Shown here: positions 18,440 to 27,760 of the stretch, one piece after another
Layout: each line of letters begins with the position of its first letter
Numbering within the stretch: the first letter of the stretch is position 1
Assembly: GCA_035553335.1 (NCBI GenBank)
Contig: DATNCZ010000305.1
Span: 1 to 47,486, forward strand
Reading direction: 5' to 3'
DNA from: Gemmatimonadaceae bacterium
GTDB lineage: Bacteria > Gemmatimonadota > Gemmatimonadetes > Gemmatimonadales > Gemmatimonadaceae
DNA length: 47,486 nt
Program-made: the position numbers and the translations under genes
Notes under the pieces: model-generated
The model's input: only the letters and a program-made list of their open reading frames with translations
Databases searched by the model: none
Told to the model about the DNA's origin: nothing

Positions 18440-18568
18440 AACCACCTCGTGGGTAGATCCATCTGTCCCCAACTCAGGGCAATCTGCGTGCCCCACGCCA
18501 TAATCCTTCTATTGAATAGTACGCGCGAAATGTGAAAATGCTACGCGAAATCCTGCTCGAATTTCAAC

Positions 18569-19948
18569 TCACGAATTTGACAGCTTCTCGACAGCTTCTC
18601 TACCCGCACGAATGAGTGCTTGCGCCTCGGCTTGCGTCGGCGCTTCAGCTATGACGCGCACGATCGGCTCGGTCCCCGATGGCCTGACGTGGACCCATCG
18701 ATCCCGCCACGACAGGCGCATTCCGTCCTGCGTATCGATGCTCGCATCGGGAAACGCGGCGCGCAGACTCTTGTATACAGAATCCAGAGGGGCCGACGGA
18801 AGATCGAGCTTGTCCTTCACGATCGAGTAACGCGGATAGTCGCTCACGATCACCGAGAGCGGACGGTTCTCCTGATGCAGCAACTGCAGGATCAGTGCGA
18901 CCCCGACCGGTGCGTCGCGTCCGAGATGCATCTCGGTGAGAATGACTCCACCGTTTCCTTCACCACCTATGGCTGCTTTCTCACTACGCATGCGTGTCGC
19001 GACGTTCACTTCTCCAACGGGCGCGCGCACAACAGTGCGTCCCGCACGCTCGGCTACATCATCGACGATTCTGCTGGTCGAGAGATTCGTTACAACGGGG
19101 CCGTCGCGATGTCCGAGCACCACACTCGCCGCGAGTGCGAGCGTGTAGTCCTCGCCGATGGCCTTGCCATCGTTTGACACGAGCGCGAGACGGTCCACGT
19201 CCGGATCTACTGCGAATCCCACCACTGCGCCGCTGCTACGCACCAGCGCCTCGAGCTCGCCGAGATTCTCGGCAACAGGTTCCGGCGGACGCGGGAAGCG
19301 GCCATCGACTTCCATGTTGATCGAGGATACCCGGCAGCCAAGTCTCTCGAGCAGGTTCGGCATGAAGCGACCACCCGCGCCGCGCACACAATCGAGCGCG
19401 ACGTGGAAACCGCGCCCGCGAATGCCTTCGACGTCGATGAATGGCAGAGCGAGGATCGCGCTGATGTGCCGCTCGATCGCCGCGTCATCACGTTCGATGG
19501 TGCCGAGTCTGTCCCATGTCGCACGCGGGAAACTGCTCTCGACAACTGCGCGCATCTCGCGTGCTTCGTCACCGTCGAGAAACAGCCCGGAAGATCCGAT
19601 GAACTTGAGTGCGTTCCACTCGATCGGATTGTGGCTCGCCGTAATACCGAGGCCGCCGGCTGCGTGGTGATGCTCGACCGCGAGCTGAATCGTGGGGGTC
19701 GGCACGATGCCTATGTCGATGATCCGAGCGCCCACACTTTCCAGCGCAGCGATCACCGCGTGATGAAACATCGGTCCGCTCACCCGGCTATCGCGGCCGA
19801 GTACGATCGTTTTTTTCGATGGGTCGCGCGAAAGCGCCCAACTGCCGAATCCGGCGGCGAATCTGGATACGATCTCCGGGGTCAACGCCTCGCCGACGCG
19901 CCCGCGCACACCGGACACGCTTACCATCAAGCCTGGATAGGATGTCAT
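18569..19948 (-). CDS. Alpha-D-phosphohexomutase, probably phosphoglucosamine mutase (GlmM-like)
   Basis: It has the active-site loop GITASHNPIEWNALKF, the Mg loop FAVDPDVDR and the sugar loop GGEGNGG. It lies near glmS. The track start at 19996 is TTG. The ATG at 19948 (MTSYPGLMVSVSGVRG) or 19927 is more plausible, so the start is uncertain. Confidence 0.8.
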   Translation of the reverse strand: MTSYPGLMVSVSGVRGRVGEALTPEIVSRFAAGFGSWALSRDPSKKTIVLGRDSRVSGPMFHHAVIAALESVGARIIDIGIVPTPTIQLAVEHHHAAGGLGITASHNPIEWNALKFIGSSGLFLDGDEAREMRAVVESSFPRATWDRLGTIERDDAAIERHISAILALPFIDVEGIRGRGFHVALDCVRGAGGRFMPNLLERLGCRVSSINMEVDGRFPRPPEPVAENLGELEALVRSSGAVVGFAVDPDVDRLALVSNDGKAIGEDYTLALAASVVLGHRDGPVVTNLSTSRIVDDVAERAGRTVVRAPVGEVNVATRMRSEKAAIGGEGNGGVILTEMHLGRDAPVGVALILQLLHQENRPLSVIVSDYPRYSIVKDKLDLPSAPLDSVYKSLRAAFPDASIDTQDGMRLSWRDRWVHVRPSGTEPIVRVIAEAPTQAEAQALIRAGREAVEKLSNS

Positions 19949-20052
19949 GTCTGTGAAAAAGCTGATGCCCGCGCGAAACGCACGGGCATCAGTCAAATCT
20001 ACGTCGTATGGCGGAGAACCGAACCCATACGCTTACCGTTCACGCGACCGAT

Positions 20053-20652
20053 CTACTTGCGACGACGACGCACCATTGGCACGAGCCCGACGAGGCCGGT
20101 TGCCAGGAGAGCCATGGAGCCTGGCTCGGGCGTGGACGTGATGGTTCCTGCCGTGTAGAGCAGTGTTCCCTGCAGTTGTGCAGAGCCTTCGCTCGGGAAC
20201 ACGTGATCGGCGACCGAGAGCTGCAACGTGCCGCCATCACCATACGTGAACACGTTCTGCAGTCCGTTGTTGGCAAAGTCGAGCGTCACGCTGTTGGCGC
20301 CCTGAAGTTTGCCCGACACGGTCGCGGCATCGTTCTGCGTCACGCCAGGCGGATTGGTGAACGCCAGCCACAGGTTGAAGTTGTCGTTGACACCCGATCC
20401 CGTGTTCGGTCCGGTAACCCCGAAGAGACCGAGGTTCACATTCTGGGCAACTCCACTGGTGAGATTGTAGGTGCTGCTTCCCGCTCCGGTGAAGCTGAAA
20501 AAACCGTCAGCGGACGAGTTCGTGCAGCCGCTGGTCGGAGTGCCGGCAAAACAGCCGGTGGTGCTGAACGTTACCGACTGCTGGGCGCTGGCGGACGCAG
20601 CGGTCATGACAGCAAAGGCTGCAGCGGTGGCGATCTTGGTGGCAAATCCCAT
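20053..20652 (-). CDS. PEP-CTERM sorting-signal secreted protein
   Basis: The signal peptide is MGFATKIATAAAFAVMTAASASAQ, read from the ATG at 20652, which has GGAG upstream. The C-terminus TPEPGSMALLATGLVGLVPMVRRRRK is a PEP motif plus TM helix plus basic tail, which is the exosortase substrate signature. Confidence 0.75.
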   Translation of the reverse strand: MGFATKIATAAAFAVMTAASASAQQSVTFSTTGCFAGTPTSGCTNSSADGFFSFTGAGSSTYNLTSGVAQNVNLGLFGVTGPNTGSGVNDNFNLWLAFTNPPGVTQNDAATVSGKLQGANSVTLDFANNGLQNVFTYGDGGTLQLSVADHVFPSEGSAQLQGTLLYTAGTITSTPEPGSMALLATGLVGLVPMVRRRRK

Positions 20653-20885
20653 CTGGTCGCTCCATTGGAGTTCGAATTTCGTGTCCCCTGCAGATCCAGG
20701 TGACACGCACACATGCTGTAGCGCTGCTGCAACGGAAGTGTCGCGCACGAACAACAAATTGTGTGCTTCACAATCACCGGCATTTTCGCGTTTTCCCTAT
20801 GAGAAACGCCGATATCGTCTTGTGTAGCGATGTACGGTATCGCACTAACGATGCCAGGGCGACGAAGCTCGTTATTGGTGCGAAG

Positions 20886-20902
20886 GCGGCAATACTTGCC
20901 GC
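20886..20902 (-). terminator. Short stem-loop just downstream of the response-regulator stop
   Basis: GCGGCAA-tac-TTGCCGC begins 13 nt past the stop at 20915. There is no clear U-tract. Confidence 0.3.
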
Positions 20903-20914
20903 GGGGGGACAGCG

Positions 20915-21943
20915 CTAGCTCGCCAGCTTCTCGCGGCGAATCACTCTGATGAAGGCCGGCGCCAGCTCGGGATCGAACTGCGTACCGGAGCAGCGCGTGA
21001 TCTCGGCAATGGCATCCTCAGCGGACATGTAGCGGCCGCGGCGATATGCGCGCCCGCTCGTCATCGCATCGAACGCGTCGGCAATGCCGGCGATTCGCGC
21101 TTCCATCGGAATGTCCATTCCGGCAAGTTTGTCCGGAATGCCGCGTCCGTCGAACCGCTCATGATGCGAGCGCACGATGCTGAGCGCGACCGGTTCCTCG
21201 CCGAGCAACGGTGAGAGAATCTGCCAGCCCAGCATGGGATGCGTCATGATGTGCTGGTACTCCTCGTCCGTAAGCGGCCCTTCCTTGTTCAGCACGGCCT
21301 CCCGCACTCCGATCTTCCCGATGTCGTGCACCTGGCCGCCGAGCTCGATCTGCCGGACCATCGACTCCGAAAGACCGATCTCACGCGCCAGGAGCGACGA
21401 ATACTGACTCACGCGAATCGAGTGTCCACGGGTGTACTGGTCCTTGACCTCCAGCGCCTGCACCAGCGCCTGAACGCCACCCAGGAACAGCTCCTCCAGG
21501 CGGCGGGCCTGGGTCGCAACCAGCCGCTCCAGCCCGTTCTGGTAATCGCGATTCTCCAGAATGAGCCGCCGTTTTTCCATGGCCTGTTCCACCCTGGCCA
21601 GCACTTCTTCGAGGTGGAATGGCTTGGTGAGATAATCCATCGCCCCGCTGGCAAGGCAGCTCAGGGCGAGCTCGACGTCGGCGACAGCGGTGATGAGGAT
21701 CACGGCCAGATCGGGGTATTTCGCCCGAGCCTGGCGCAGCAGCTCGATGCCGTCCATCCTCGGCATCCGAAGATCGCTGAGCAGGAGGGCCGCCGGCACG
21801 GAGTCAAGCCGCTCCAGCGCCTCGACGCCATCCGCCGCTTCGAGGCACGTGAAGCCGTCGCTCGTCATCAGACGGACGAGTACCTGCCGGAGGCGAGGCT
21901 CATCGTCCGCGATGACACAAAACATCGGCTCAGGCGCCGTCAC
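20915..21943 (-). CDS. Response regulator with an HD-GYP-type (here HD-GIP) c-di-GMP phosphodiesterase domain, RpfG-like
   Basis: The REC domain is FCVIADDEPRLRQVL...LLLSDLRMPRMDG...KP. The HD domain is HSIRVSQYSSLLA...VHDIGKIGV...HHERFDGRGIPDKL. The GTG start at 21943 is preceded by GGAGG at a 7-nt spacing. Confidence 0.85.
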   Translation of the reverse strand: MTAPEPMFCVIADDEPRLRQVLVRLMTSDGFTCLEAADGVEALERLDSVPAALLLSDLRMPRMDGIELLRQARAKYPDLAVILITAVADVELALSCLASGAMDYLTKPFHLEEVLARVEQAMEKRRLILENRDYQNGLERLVATQARRLEELFLGGVQALVQALEVKDQYTRGHSIRVSQYSSLLAREIGLSESMVRQIELGGQVHDIGKIGVREAVLNKEGPLTDEEYQHIMTHPMLGWQILSPLLGEEPVALSIVRSHHERFDGRGIPDKLAGMDIPMEARIAGIADAFDAMTSGRAYRRGRYMSAEDAIAEITRCSGTQFDPELAPAFIRVIRREKLAS

Positions 21944-22001
21944 GTCATCACCTCCTTCATATTTCTAAGAGGTATTCTAGCTTCCGATCCAACCCCCTGC
22001 C

Positions 22002-23165
22002 ATGACGAAGATCTTCGACGAGGACATGTCCGCCGCCTTTGGGACCCGAGCCATCCACGCCGGCCAGCGCCCGGATCCGCTTTCCGGCGCGATCATGACG
22101 CCCATATACCAGACCTCTACCTATGTCCAGGAGGCACTCGGCGTCAACAAGGGCTACGAGTACGCGCGCGGCCGAAATCCCACGCGTGAAGCACTGGAGC
22201 GCAACGTCGCCGCACTCGAAGGCGCGAAATACGGCTTCGCCTTCTCGAGCGGTATGGGCTGCCTCGATTCCATCATGAAGCTGTTCAAGTCCGGTGATCA
22301 TTTCGTCGTGGGCGAGAATGTCTACGGCGGTACATACAGACTGTTCGACAAGATCCTGCGCAACTACGGCATGACATTCTCGTACGTCGACACTCGCGAT
22401 CCGCAATTGATCGCCGATGCGTGCACCAGCAGTACCGCTGCAATAATCATCGAGACGCCGACCAACCCGCTCATGCGTCTCACCGACATCCAGGCCGCCG
22501 CCGACGTCGCGCACTCGCGCAAGGCGCTCCTCGTCGTCGACAACACCTTCGCATCGCCATACCTGCAGCAACCGTTCACGCTCGGCGCGGATATCGTCTG
22601 GCACTCATCGACCAAGTATCTCAACGGCCACAGCGACATGATCGGCGGAATCGCGCTCGTCGATGACGACGATCTCGCAACGCGCATGCAGTTTGTTCTC
22701 AACGCCTCCGGCGCCGTGCCCGGACCGATGGACGCGTGGCTCGTCCTGCGCGGGACAAAGACGCTGCACCTGCGCATGGAGCGGCACGACAGCAACGGTC
22801 GCGCGATCGCTGCGTGGCTGGCGAAACGCATGGGCGAGGACAGAGTCTTCTATCCGGGGCTCGAATCCCATCCGCAGCACGCGCTGGCAGTGAAGCAGAT
22901 GAAGGGATTCGGCGGGATGATCTCCGTCGAAACGGGGAGTCGCGCGGCGGCCGCACGCATGCTCGGACGAGTCCACGTGTTCTCGCTCGCCGAGTCGCTC
23001 GGTGGCGTCGAGAGTCTCATCAATCACCCTGCCGAGATGACTCACGCGTCGGTCGAACCCGCGCGCCGCGCCCAGCTGGGAATTACCGAAGGTCTGGTGC
23101 GACTGTCGTGCGGAGTGGAAGATGTCGGCGACCTCATCGCCGACCTGGACCAGGCGCTCAGATGA
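22002..23165 (+). CDS. PLP-dependent trans-sulfuration enzyme (cystathionine gamma-synthase / gamma-lyase / beta-lyase family)
   Basis: 387 aa. Contains GAIMTPIYQTSTY, YARGRNPTR and STKYLNGHSDMIGG (the PLP-lysine motif), consistent with the Cys/Met metabolism PLP family. Confidence 0.85.
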   Translation: MTKIFDEDMSAAFGTRAIHAGQRPDPLSGAIMTPIYQTSTYVQEALGVNKGYEYARGRNPTREALERNVAALEGAKYGFAFSSGMGCLDSIMKLFKSGDHFVVGENVYGGTYRLFDKILRNYGMTFSYVDTRDPQLIADACTSSTAAIIIETPTNPLMRLTDIQAAADVAHSRKALLVVDNTFASPYLQQPFTLGADIVWHSSTKYLNGHSDMIGGIALVDDDDLATRMQFVLNASGAVPGPMDAWLVLRGTKTLHLRMERHDSNGRAIAAWLAKRMGEDRVFYPGLESHPQHALAVKQMKGFGGMISVETGSRAAAARMLGRVHVFSLAESLGGVESLINHPAEMTHASVEPARRAQLGITEGLVRLSCGVEDVGDLIADLDQALR

Positions 23166-24163
23166 CAGGCGGGCTGCCAGTTCCCGCTCCGTCGTCACGA
23201 CGCACGCTGACGGGTATCGCGCCGGTGGCTTGGGAGCACCCGGCCGACCGCGCGGCGCTGCAGACGTTGCGCGCGATCCCCGGACTCGACGAGCTCGTGC
23301 GCAGGGTGATGAGCTTCCTGGGTGAGCGCGGAGTGCGGCAGTTGTTCACGGCGGACTCCGTGCGCGTCAACGAGCGCCAGCGGCCCAGGCTGCATGCGTT
23401 GTACATGGAGGTTCTGGAAACGCTCGACTGGCCCGAACGTCCGGATCTGTTCGTTACGCAGACCCCGTTCGTCAACGCGATGGCGGTCGGTTTCGAAAAA
23501 CCGTTCATAGTCGTACACACCGGCGCGCTCGGAATTCTGGATGAGCCGCAGCAGCGCGTGTTGCTCGGCCACGAGGTCGGTCACGTGATGAGCGGACATT
23601 CAACGTACTCGACGCTCGCACTGCTCTTTCTATCCTTCGGCTTCAACGCGATTCCAGGACTCGGCCTCATTGCTCTTCCAATTCAGCTTGCATTGCTGGA
23701 GTGGTATCGCAAGGCCGAGTTCTCGGCGGATCGCGCCGGGCTGCTGGCGTCGCAGGATCCGATTCAGGCCATGCGCATGTTCCTCCTGTTCGCGGGTGGC
23801 AAGGGCGACGCGACCGAGACCAATCTCGACGAGTTTCTCGCGCAGGCTCAGGAATACGAAAGCGATAGCGGTGCGATCGATCTTCTGTTCAAGCTTCTCA
23901 ATGTTTCTGGTCGCACCCACCCGTTCAACACCGTGCGCGCCGCCGAGCTTCAGCGCTGGATTCAAGCGGGCGGCTACGACGCGATCATCAATGGCGAATA
24001 CGCGAGGCGAGGCGCACCGAACGAACGCCCGCTGACTGACGATTACGCCGATGCTGCTGGATATTACGGTGAGAAGATGAAGGGCATGATGAATCAGGTG
24101 GCCGATGCGGCGCGACGTGCGACCGATACCATGAACAACGTGTTCCGCAACGAGGACGAGTGA
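23162..24163 (+). CDS. M48-family zinc metallopeptidase (HtpX-like, membrane associated)
   Basis: HEVGHVMSGH is the HExxH motif, and downstream is EFSADRAG, typical of M48. The real start is the ATG at 23162, which overlaps the upstream stop (ATGA). The 5-prime 426 nt of track ORF 22736..24163 overlap the trans-sulfuration gene out of frame and are rejected. Confidence 0.75.
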   Translation: MTGGLPVPAPSSRRTLTGIAPVAWEHPADRAALQTLRAIPGLDELVRRVMSFLGERGVRQLFTADSVRVNERQRPRLHALYMEVLETLDWPERPDLFVTQTPFVNAMAVGFEKPFIVVHTGALGILDEPQQRVLLGHEVGHVMSGHSTYSTLALLFLSFGFNAIPGLGLIALPIQLALLEWYRKAEFSADRAGLLASQDPIQAMRMFLLFAGGKGDATETNLDEFLAQAQEYESDSGAIDLLFKLLNVSGRTHPFNTVRAAELQRWIQAGGYDAIINGEYARRGAPNERPLTDDYADAAGYYGEKMKGMMNQVADAARRATDTMNNVFRNEDE

Positions 24164-25488
24164 AGGTTCTGATAGTTGGCGGTGGCGCGCGCGAGCACGC
24201 GATCGCATGGAAGCTGTTGCAGGATGATCCTACGCTCGACCTGATCGCCGCACCTGGAAATCCCGGGATCGCTACCCTTGCGCGATGCGTCGCGATTCCA
24301 GCGGACGACATCGTTGCACTGTTGGCGCTCGCACGCGCGGAACGACCCGATCTCACCGTCGTCGGCCCCGAAGCTCCGCTGGACGCAGGAATCGCTGACG
24401 CATTCCACGCCGAAGGCCTGCCTCTCTTCGGACCGACGCGAGCCGCGGCACGTATCGAGACTTCCAAGCGATTCGCGAAGGAGCTGATGCTGCGCGCCGG
24501 TGTTCCTACGGCGCGTGCGAGTCATCATACGTCCGTCGACACCGCGCTGCGCGCTGCCCATGCGATCGGCGCGCCGGTAGTGATCAAGGCGTCGGGACTC
24601 GCCGCAGGAAAGGGTGTCATCATCGCCGAAACGATGGCGGAAGCGGAACGCGCGATCACGGAGATGCTCCAGACCCGAGCGTTTGGCGATGCTGGCAAGG
24701 AGATCCTGGTCGAGGAGTTCATGTCCGGCGAGGAGATCTCCGTCTTCGCCGTCTGCGATGGCCAGCATTCGCGACTGATGATCGGCGCGCAGGATCACAA
24801 GCGTCTCGAAGACGGAGACATGGGGCCGAATACCGGCGGGATGGGCGCATATGCGCCCGTATCGCTGGATACCACATCTCTGCAGGCGCTCGTCAAGGTG
24901 ACGATCATCGACCGCGTACTCGCTGCGATGCGAGACGACCACTCGCCATTTTCGGGCCTGTTGTATGCCGGACTGATGCTCACCGCGACTGGGGTGAAGG
25001 TCGTCGAATTCAACTGTCGCTTCGGCGATCCGGAAACGCAGGCATTGTTGCCGCTCATGTCGAGCTCGCTGTTGCAACCATTGCTCACAGTCGCTCGCGG
25101 CGAGTCACTGATCGATACACCGGAGTTCGCGTGGAATACCGGCTTCAGCGTGACTACTGTTCTCGCGGCCGCGGGCTATCCGGGAAAAGTCCGGAAGGGT
25201 GACCCGATTTCCTTTCCCGAGCCGGAGGACGGTGTTTACGTATTTCACGCCGGTACGAGAGTGGCGGACGGGATGAAAGCGCAGCGTTCCGACGAGCCGC
25301 CTGTGGTCACCGACGGCGGACGCGTGCTGTCTGTGACCGCTGTCGCTCCAACACTCCATGCAGCGAGCAATCACAGCCGGCGCTACGCAGAACGCATCCG
25401 GTTTGCGGGCAAGCAGATGCGACGCGACATAGCCTGGAGGGAGCTCGCGAGAGAGATGAAGCTGTCCGACCACAGGACAAATGCCTGA
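24160..25488 (+). CDS. purD: Phosphoribosylamine--glycine ligase
   Basis: 442 aa. MKVLIVGGGAREHAIAWKL, the ATP-grasp core and FNCRFGDPETQ are canonical PurD. The GTG start overlaps the upstream stop (GTGA). Confidence 0.95.
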   Translation: MKVLIVGGGAREHAIAWKLLQDDPTLDLIAAPGNPGIATLARCVAIPADDIVALLALARAERPDLTVVGPEAPLDAGIADAFHAEGLPLFGPTRAAARIETSKRFAKELMLRAGVPTARASHHTSVDTALRAAHAIGAPVVIKASGLAAGKGVIIAETMAEAERAITEMLQTRAFGDAGKEILVEEFMSGEEISVFAVCDGQHSRLMIGAQDHKRLEDGDMGPNTGGMGAYAPVSLDTTSLQALVKVTIIDRVLAAMRDDHSPFSGLLYAGLMLTATGVKVVEFNCRFGDPETQALLPLMSSSLLQPLLTVARGESLIDTPEFAWNTGFSVTTVLAAAGYPGKVRKGDPISFPEPEDGVYVFHAGTRVADGMKAQRSDEPPVVTDGGRVLSVTAVAPTLHAASNHSRRYAERIRFAGKQMRRDIAWRELAREMKLSDHRTNA

Positions 25489-26311
25489 GCTGCCCGAAGT
25501 CGAGACGATCGCGCGAGGTGTGAACGAAGCGGTCGCCGGCCGCACCATCGAAGCGGTGGGGCTGCCGCGCCCGGACGTGTTGCGCGAGGTGACGGCGCGC
25601 ACCTTCGCGAAACGTGTACGCGGCACGCGGATTACCGGCGCGAACCGACGAGCCAAGCACATCGTAATTTCCCTCGACACCGGAGACTCGCTGGTAGTGC
25701 AGCCGCGGTTCACTGGCGCTCTGCTCGCTACGCGCGGAAGCGAGCTCACCGATTACGACCGCACCTACATCGCCGTGATGCTGGGGCTCGACTCCGGCTT
25801 CGTTCTGGCCTATCGCGACGTCCGGCGGCTGGGAACGGTCGCGTTGATGGATCCGACGCGACTTGGTGACTATTTCGGCGAGCTGGGGGAGGAGCCGCTC
25901 GAAGAGGGATTTACGGCGGAGCGCCTTTCCGCTATTCTTCGCGCGTCACGGCAGCCCGTCAAGAAGGTGATCATGGATCAGTACAAGGTCGTTGGCGTCG
26001 GCAACATCTACGCGAACGAAGCGCTCTGGCGCGCCGGAATCGATCCGTCACGAATGGCGAAGGACGTCACGCCGGCGGAAGCTGCCGACCTGCGCAACGC
26101 GATAGTGTCCGTGCTGCGCGAGGCGATCGTGGCGGGAGGGTCCAGCATCCGCGATTACCGAAACGCGAGTGGCGAGGCCGGCGAGTTCGTGCAATTCCTG
26201 TCGGCGTACGGCCGCGCCGGAGAACCCTGCCACCGCTGTGGCGCGAGACTTATCGGAACGCACGCGATCGATGGCCGCCAGACAGTGCTCTGCGCGCACT
26301 GCCAGCACTGA
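25481..26311 (+). CDS. mutM: Formamidopyrimidine-DNA glycosylase (Fpg/MutM)
   Basis: It has the MPELPEVE N-terminus (catalytic Pro2/Glu3), an H2TH region and a C-terminal zinc finger CHRCGARL...CAHCQ. It overlaps the end of purD by 8 nt. Confidence 0.9.
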   Translation: MPELPEVETIARGVNEAVAGRTIEAVGLPRPDVLREVTARTFAKRVRGTRITGANRRAKHIVISLDTGDSLVVQPRFTGALLATRGSELTDYDRTYIAVMLGLDSGFVLAYRDVRRLGTVALMDPTRLGDYFGELGEEPLEEGFTAERLSAILRASRQPVKKVIMDQYKVVGVGNIYANEALWRAGIDPSRMAKDVTPAEAADLRNAIVSVLREAIVAGGSSIRDYRNASGEAGEFVQFLSAYGRAGEPCHRCGARLIGTHAIDGRQTVLCAHCQH

Positions 26312-26325
26312 CGACGCGCATCCCG

Positions 26326-27429
26326 ATGGCAAGAAAGTCACGCGCGTACACTTTCAAGGAGCCGACGAGCGACGAGCAGCTCGCCGCGATGCGGGCCGTG
26401 GTTCGCGAATCTGCCCGCAACGAACCAGGCGTCTATCGGATGATCGCCGAGAACGGCGAGATCGTGTACGTCGGCAAGTCCAAGCAGATTCGCTCCCGGC
26501 TGATGAGCTACTTTCGCGCAGCGTATCCGGAAGACAAGGGCGCACGCATCCTGCGCGACGCGACCCGCATCGAATGGGACTACGAGCCGAGTGAATTTGC
26601 CGCACTGCTGCGCGAGCTGCGACTGATAAAGCAATATCGTCCAAGATTCAATGTGGCGATGAAGCGCGACGCCAGGCACTACTCGTTCATCAAGATCTCG
26701 CGCGGCGCGGCTCCAAAGCTCAACGTCGTTCGCGGCGCCGGTCCCGATGACGCAGCAGTGTATTACGGCCCATTCGTCGGCGCACAGCGCGTGAGCGAGG
26801 CGGTGCGCGAGCTGAACGACGTGCTGGGACTTCGCGATTGCCGGAGCGACATGCCGATCTACTTCGCCGATCAGCACGAGCTCTTCCAGTTGGGGCGCAC
26901 GCCGGGATGCATACGTCACGAGATCCGAAAGTGCCTCGGACCCTGTGTCGGTGGATGCACCGTAGCGGAGTACGATCACCAGCTTGCGCTTGCACGTGCA
27001 TTTCTGGAGGGATCGGATGCCGGACCGGCTGACACACTCCGTCGTCAGATGGAGGCCGCGAGCAACGCACTGGAATTCGAGCGCGCCGCTATCTTCCGCG
27101 ACAAGCTGTCGCGCCTGGAAGCCCTGCGCGAGCAGTTCGACCGGCTACGCTTCGCCGTGGAGTCGCTGTCTTTCGTTTACAACGTGGAAGGCTTCGACGG
27201 GCGCGATCGGACCTACGTCATTCGCCGCGGCATCGTACGCGCGGAGCTGGACAGCCCGAAGACGCGTCGCGACAAGGCCGCAATGCGCCGGTTGGTCGAC
27301 GACATATTCGGCGAAAAGCCGACAACCGGCTCGTCCATCCCGACTCATGAGATAGACGAGCTGTTGCTACTGTCGAGTTGGTTCAGGAAATTCCCACAAG
27401 AGATGCAACGCGCCAGCCGCGTTGCCTGA
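26326..27429 (+). CDS. UvrC-like GIY-YIG nuclease comprising only the N-terminal half of UvrC (GIY-YIG, Cys-rich segment and UVR motif; no RNase-H-like/HhH2 C-terminal half)
   Basis: 367 aa. GVYRMIAENGEIVYVGKSKQIRSRLMSYF is the GIY-YIG motif. CIRHEIRKCLGPCVGGC is the UvrC-type Cys cluster. LEFERAAIFRDKLSRLEAL is the UVR motif. It is far shorter than the roughly 600 aa I would expect for a full-length UvrC. Confidence 0.7.
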   Translation: MARKSRAYTFKEPTSDEQLAAMRAVVRESARNEPGVYRMIAENGEIVYVGKSKQIRSRLMSYFRAAYPEDKGARILRDATRIEWDYEPSEFAALLRELRLIKQYRPRFNVAMKRDARHYSFIKISRGAAPKLNVVRGAGPDDAAVYYGPFVGAQRVSEAVRELNDVLGLRDCRSDMPIYFADQHELFQLGRTPGCIRHEIRKCLGPCVGGCTVAEYDHQLALARAFLEGSDAGPADTLRRQMEAASNALEFERAAIFRDKLSRLEALREQFDRLRFAVESLSFVYNVEGFDGRDRTYVIRRGIVRAELDSPKTRRDKAAMRRLVDDIFGEKPTTGSSIPTHEIDELLLLSSWFRKFPQEMQRASRVA

Positions 27430-27435
27430 GAGACA

Positions 27436-27645
27436 CTACTTCTTTCCGGAGTGCCCGTCGCTGTCCCTCTTCTCCGTCGCCCGGGGATCAGGCTCGCCGG
27501 TGCTCGCATCCAGCACCGCCTCTGTAGAGTCGGGCGAGTCCATGCCACGGCCTACCGTACGGCTGCCAAACTTCTCCGCTCTCTTTTCCGCGGACGACTC
27601 GTCGTGACTGCCGGCGTGAGACTTGCTTTTGTCCTTGTCGTTCAT
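27436..27645 (-). CDS. Small hydrophilic, probably disordered protein (hypothetical)
   Basis: 69 aa, rich in D/E/K/S with no hydrophobic core. A perfect GGAGG lies 5 nt upstream of the ATG at 27645. It converges on the UvrC-like gene with only 6 nt between the two stops. Confidence 0.5.
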   Translation of the reverse strand: MNDKDKSKSHAGSHDESSAEKRAEKFGSRTVGRGMDSPDSTEAVLDASTGEPDPRATEKRDSDGHSGKK

Positions 27646-27760
27646 TCGAACCTCCGTAAAATTTCCGTATAACCAGAAAACCGTGGATGTGCATTCATCA
27701 TGCCCGGATGGATCGCCCGCTGAAGACCTCGTGCATCGCTACTCGCACGCCTGAACGCCG

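Noticed and set aside
22736-23161. The N-terminal extension of the M48 peptidase ORF. The same kind of artefact occurs at 44745..45131 upstream of the outer-membrane-barrel gene.
   Set aside because: Both extensions overlap well-supported genes (the trans-sulfuration enzyme and gpmI) out of frame. Both are Arg-rich low-complexity sequence. Internal ATGs with coupling or signal-peptide context explain the real genes.
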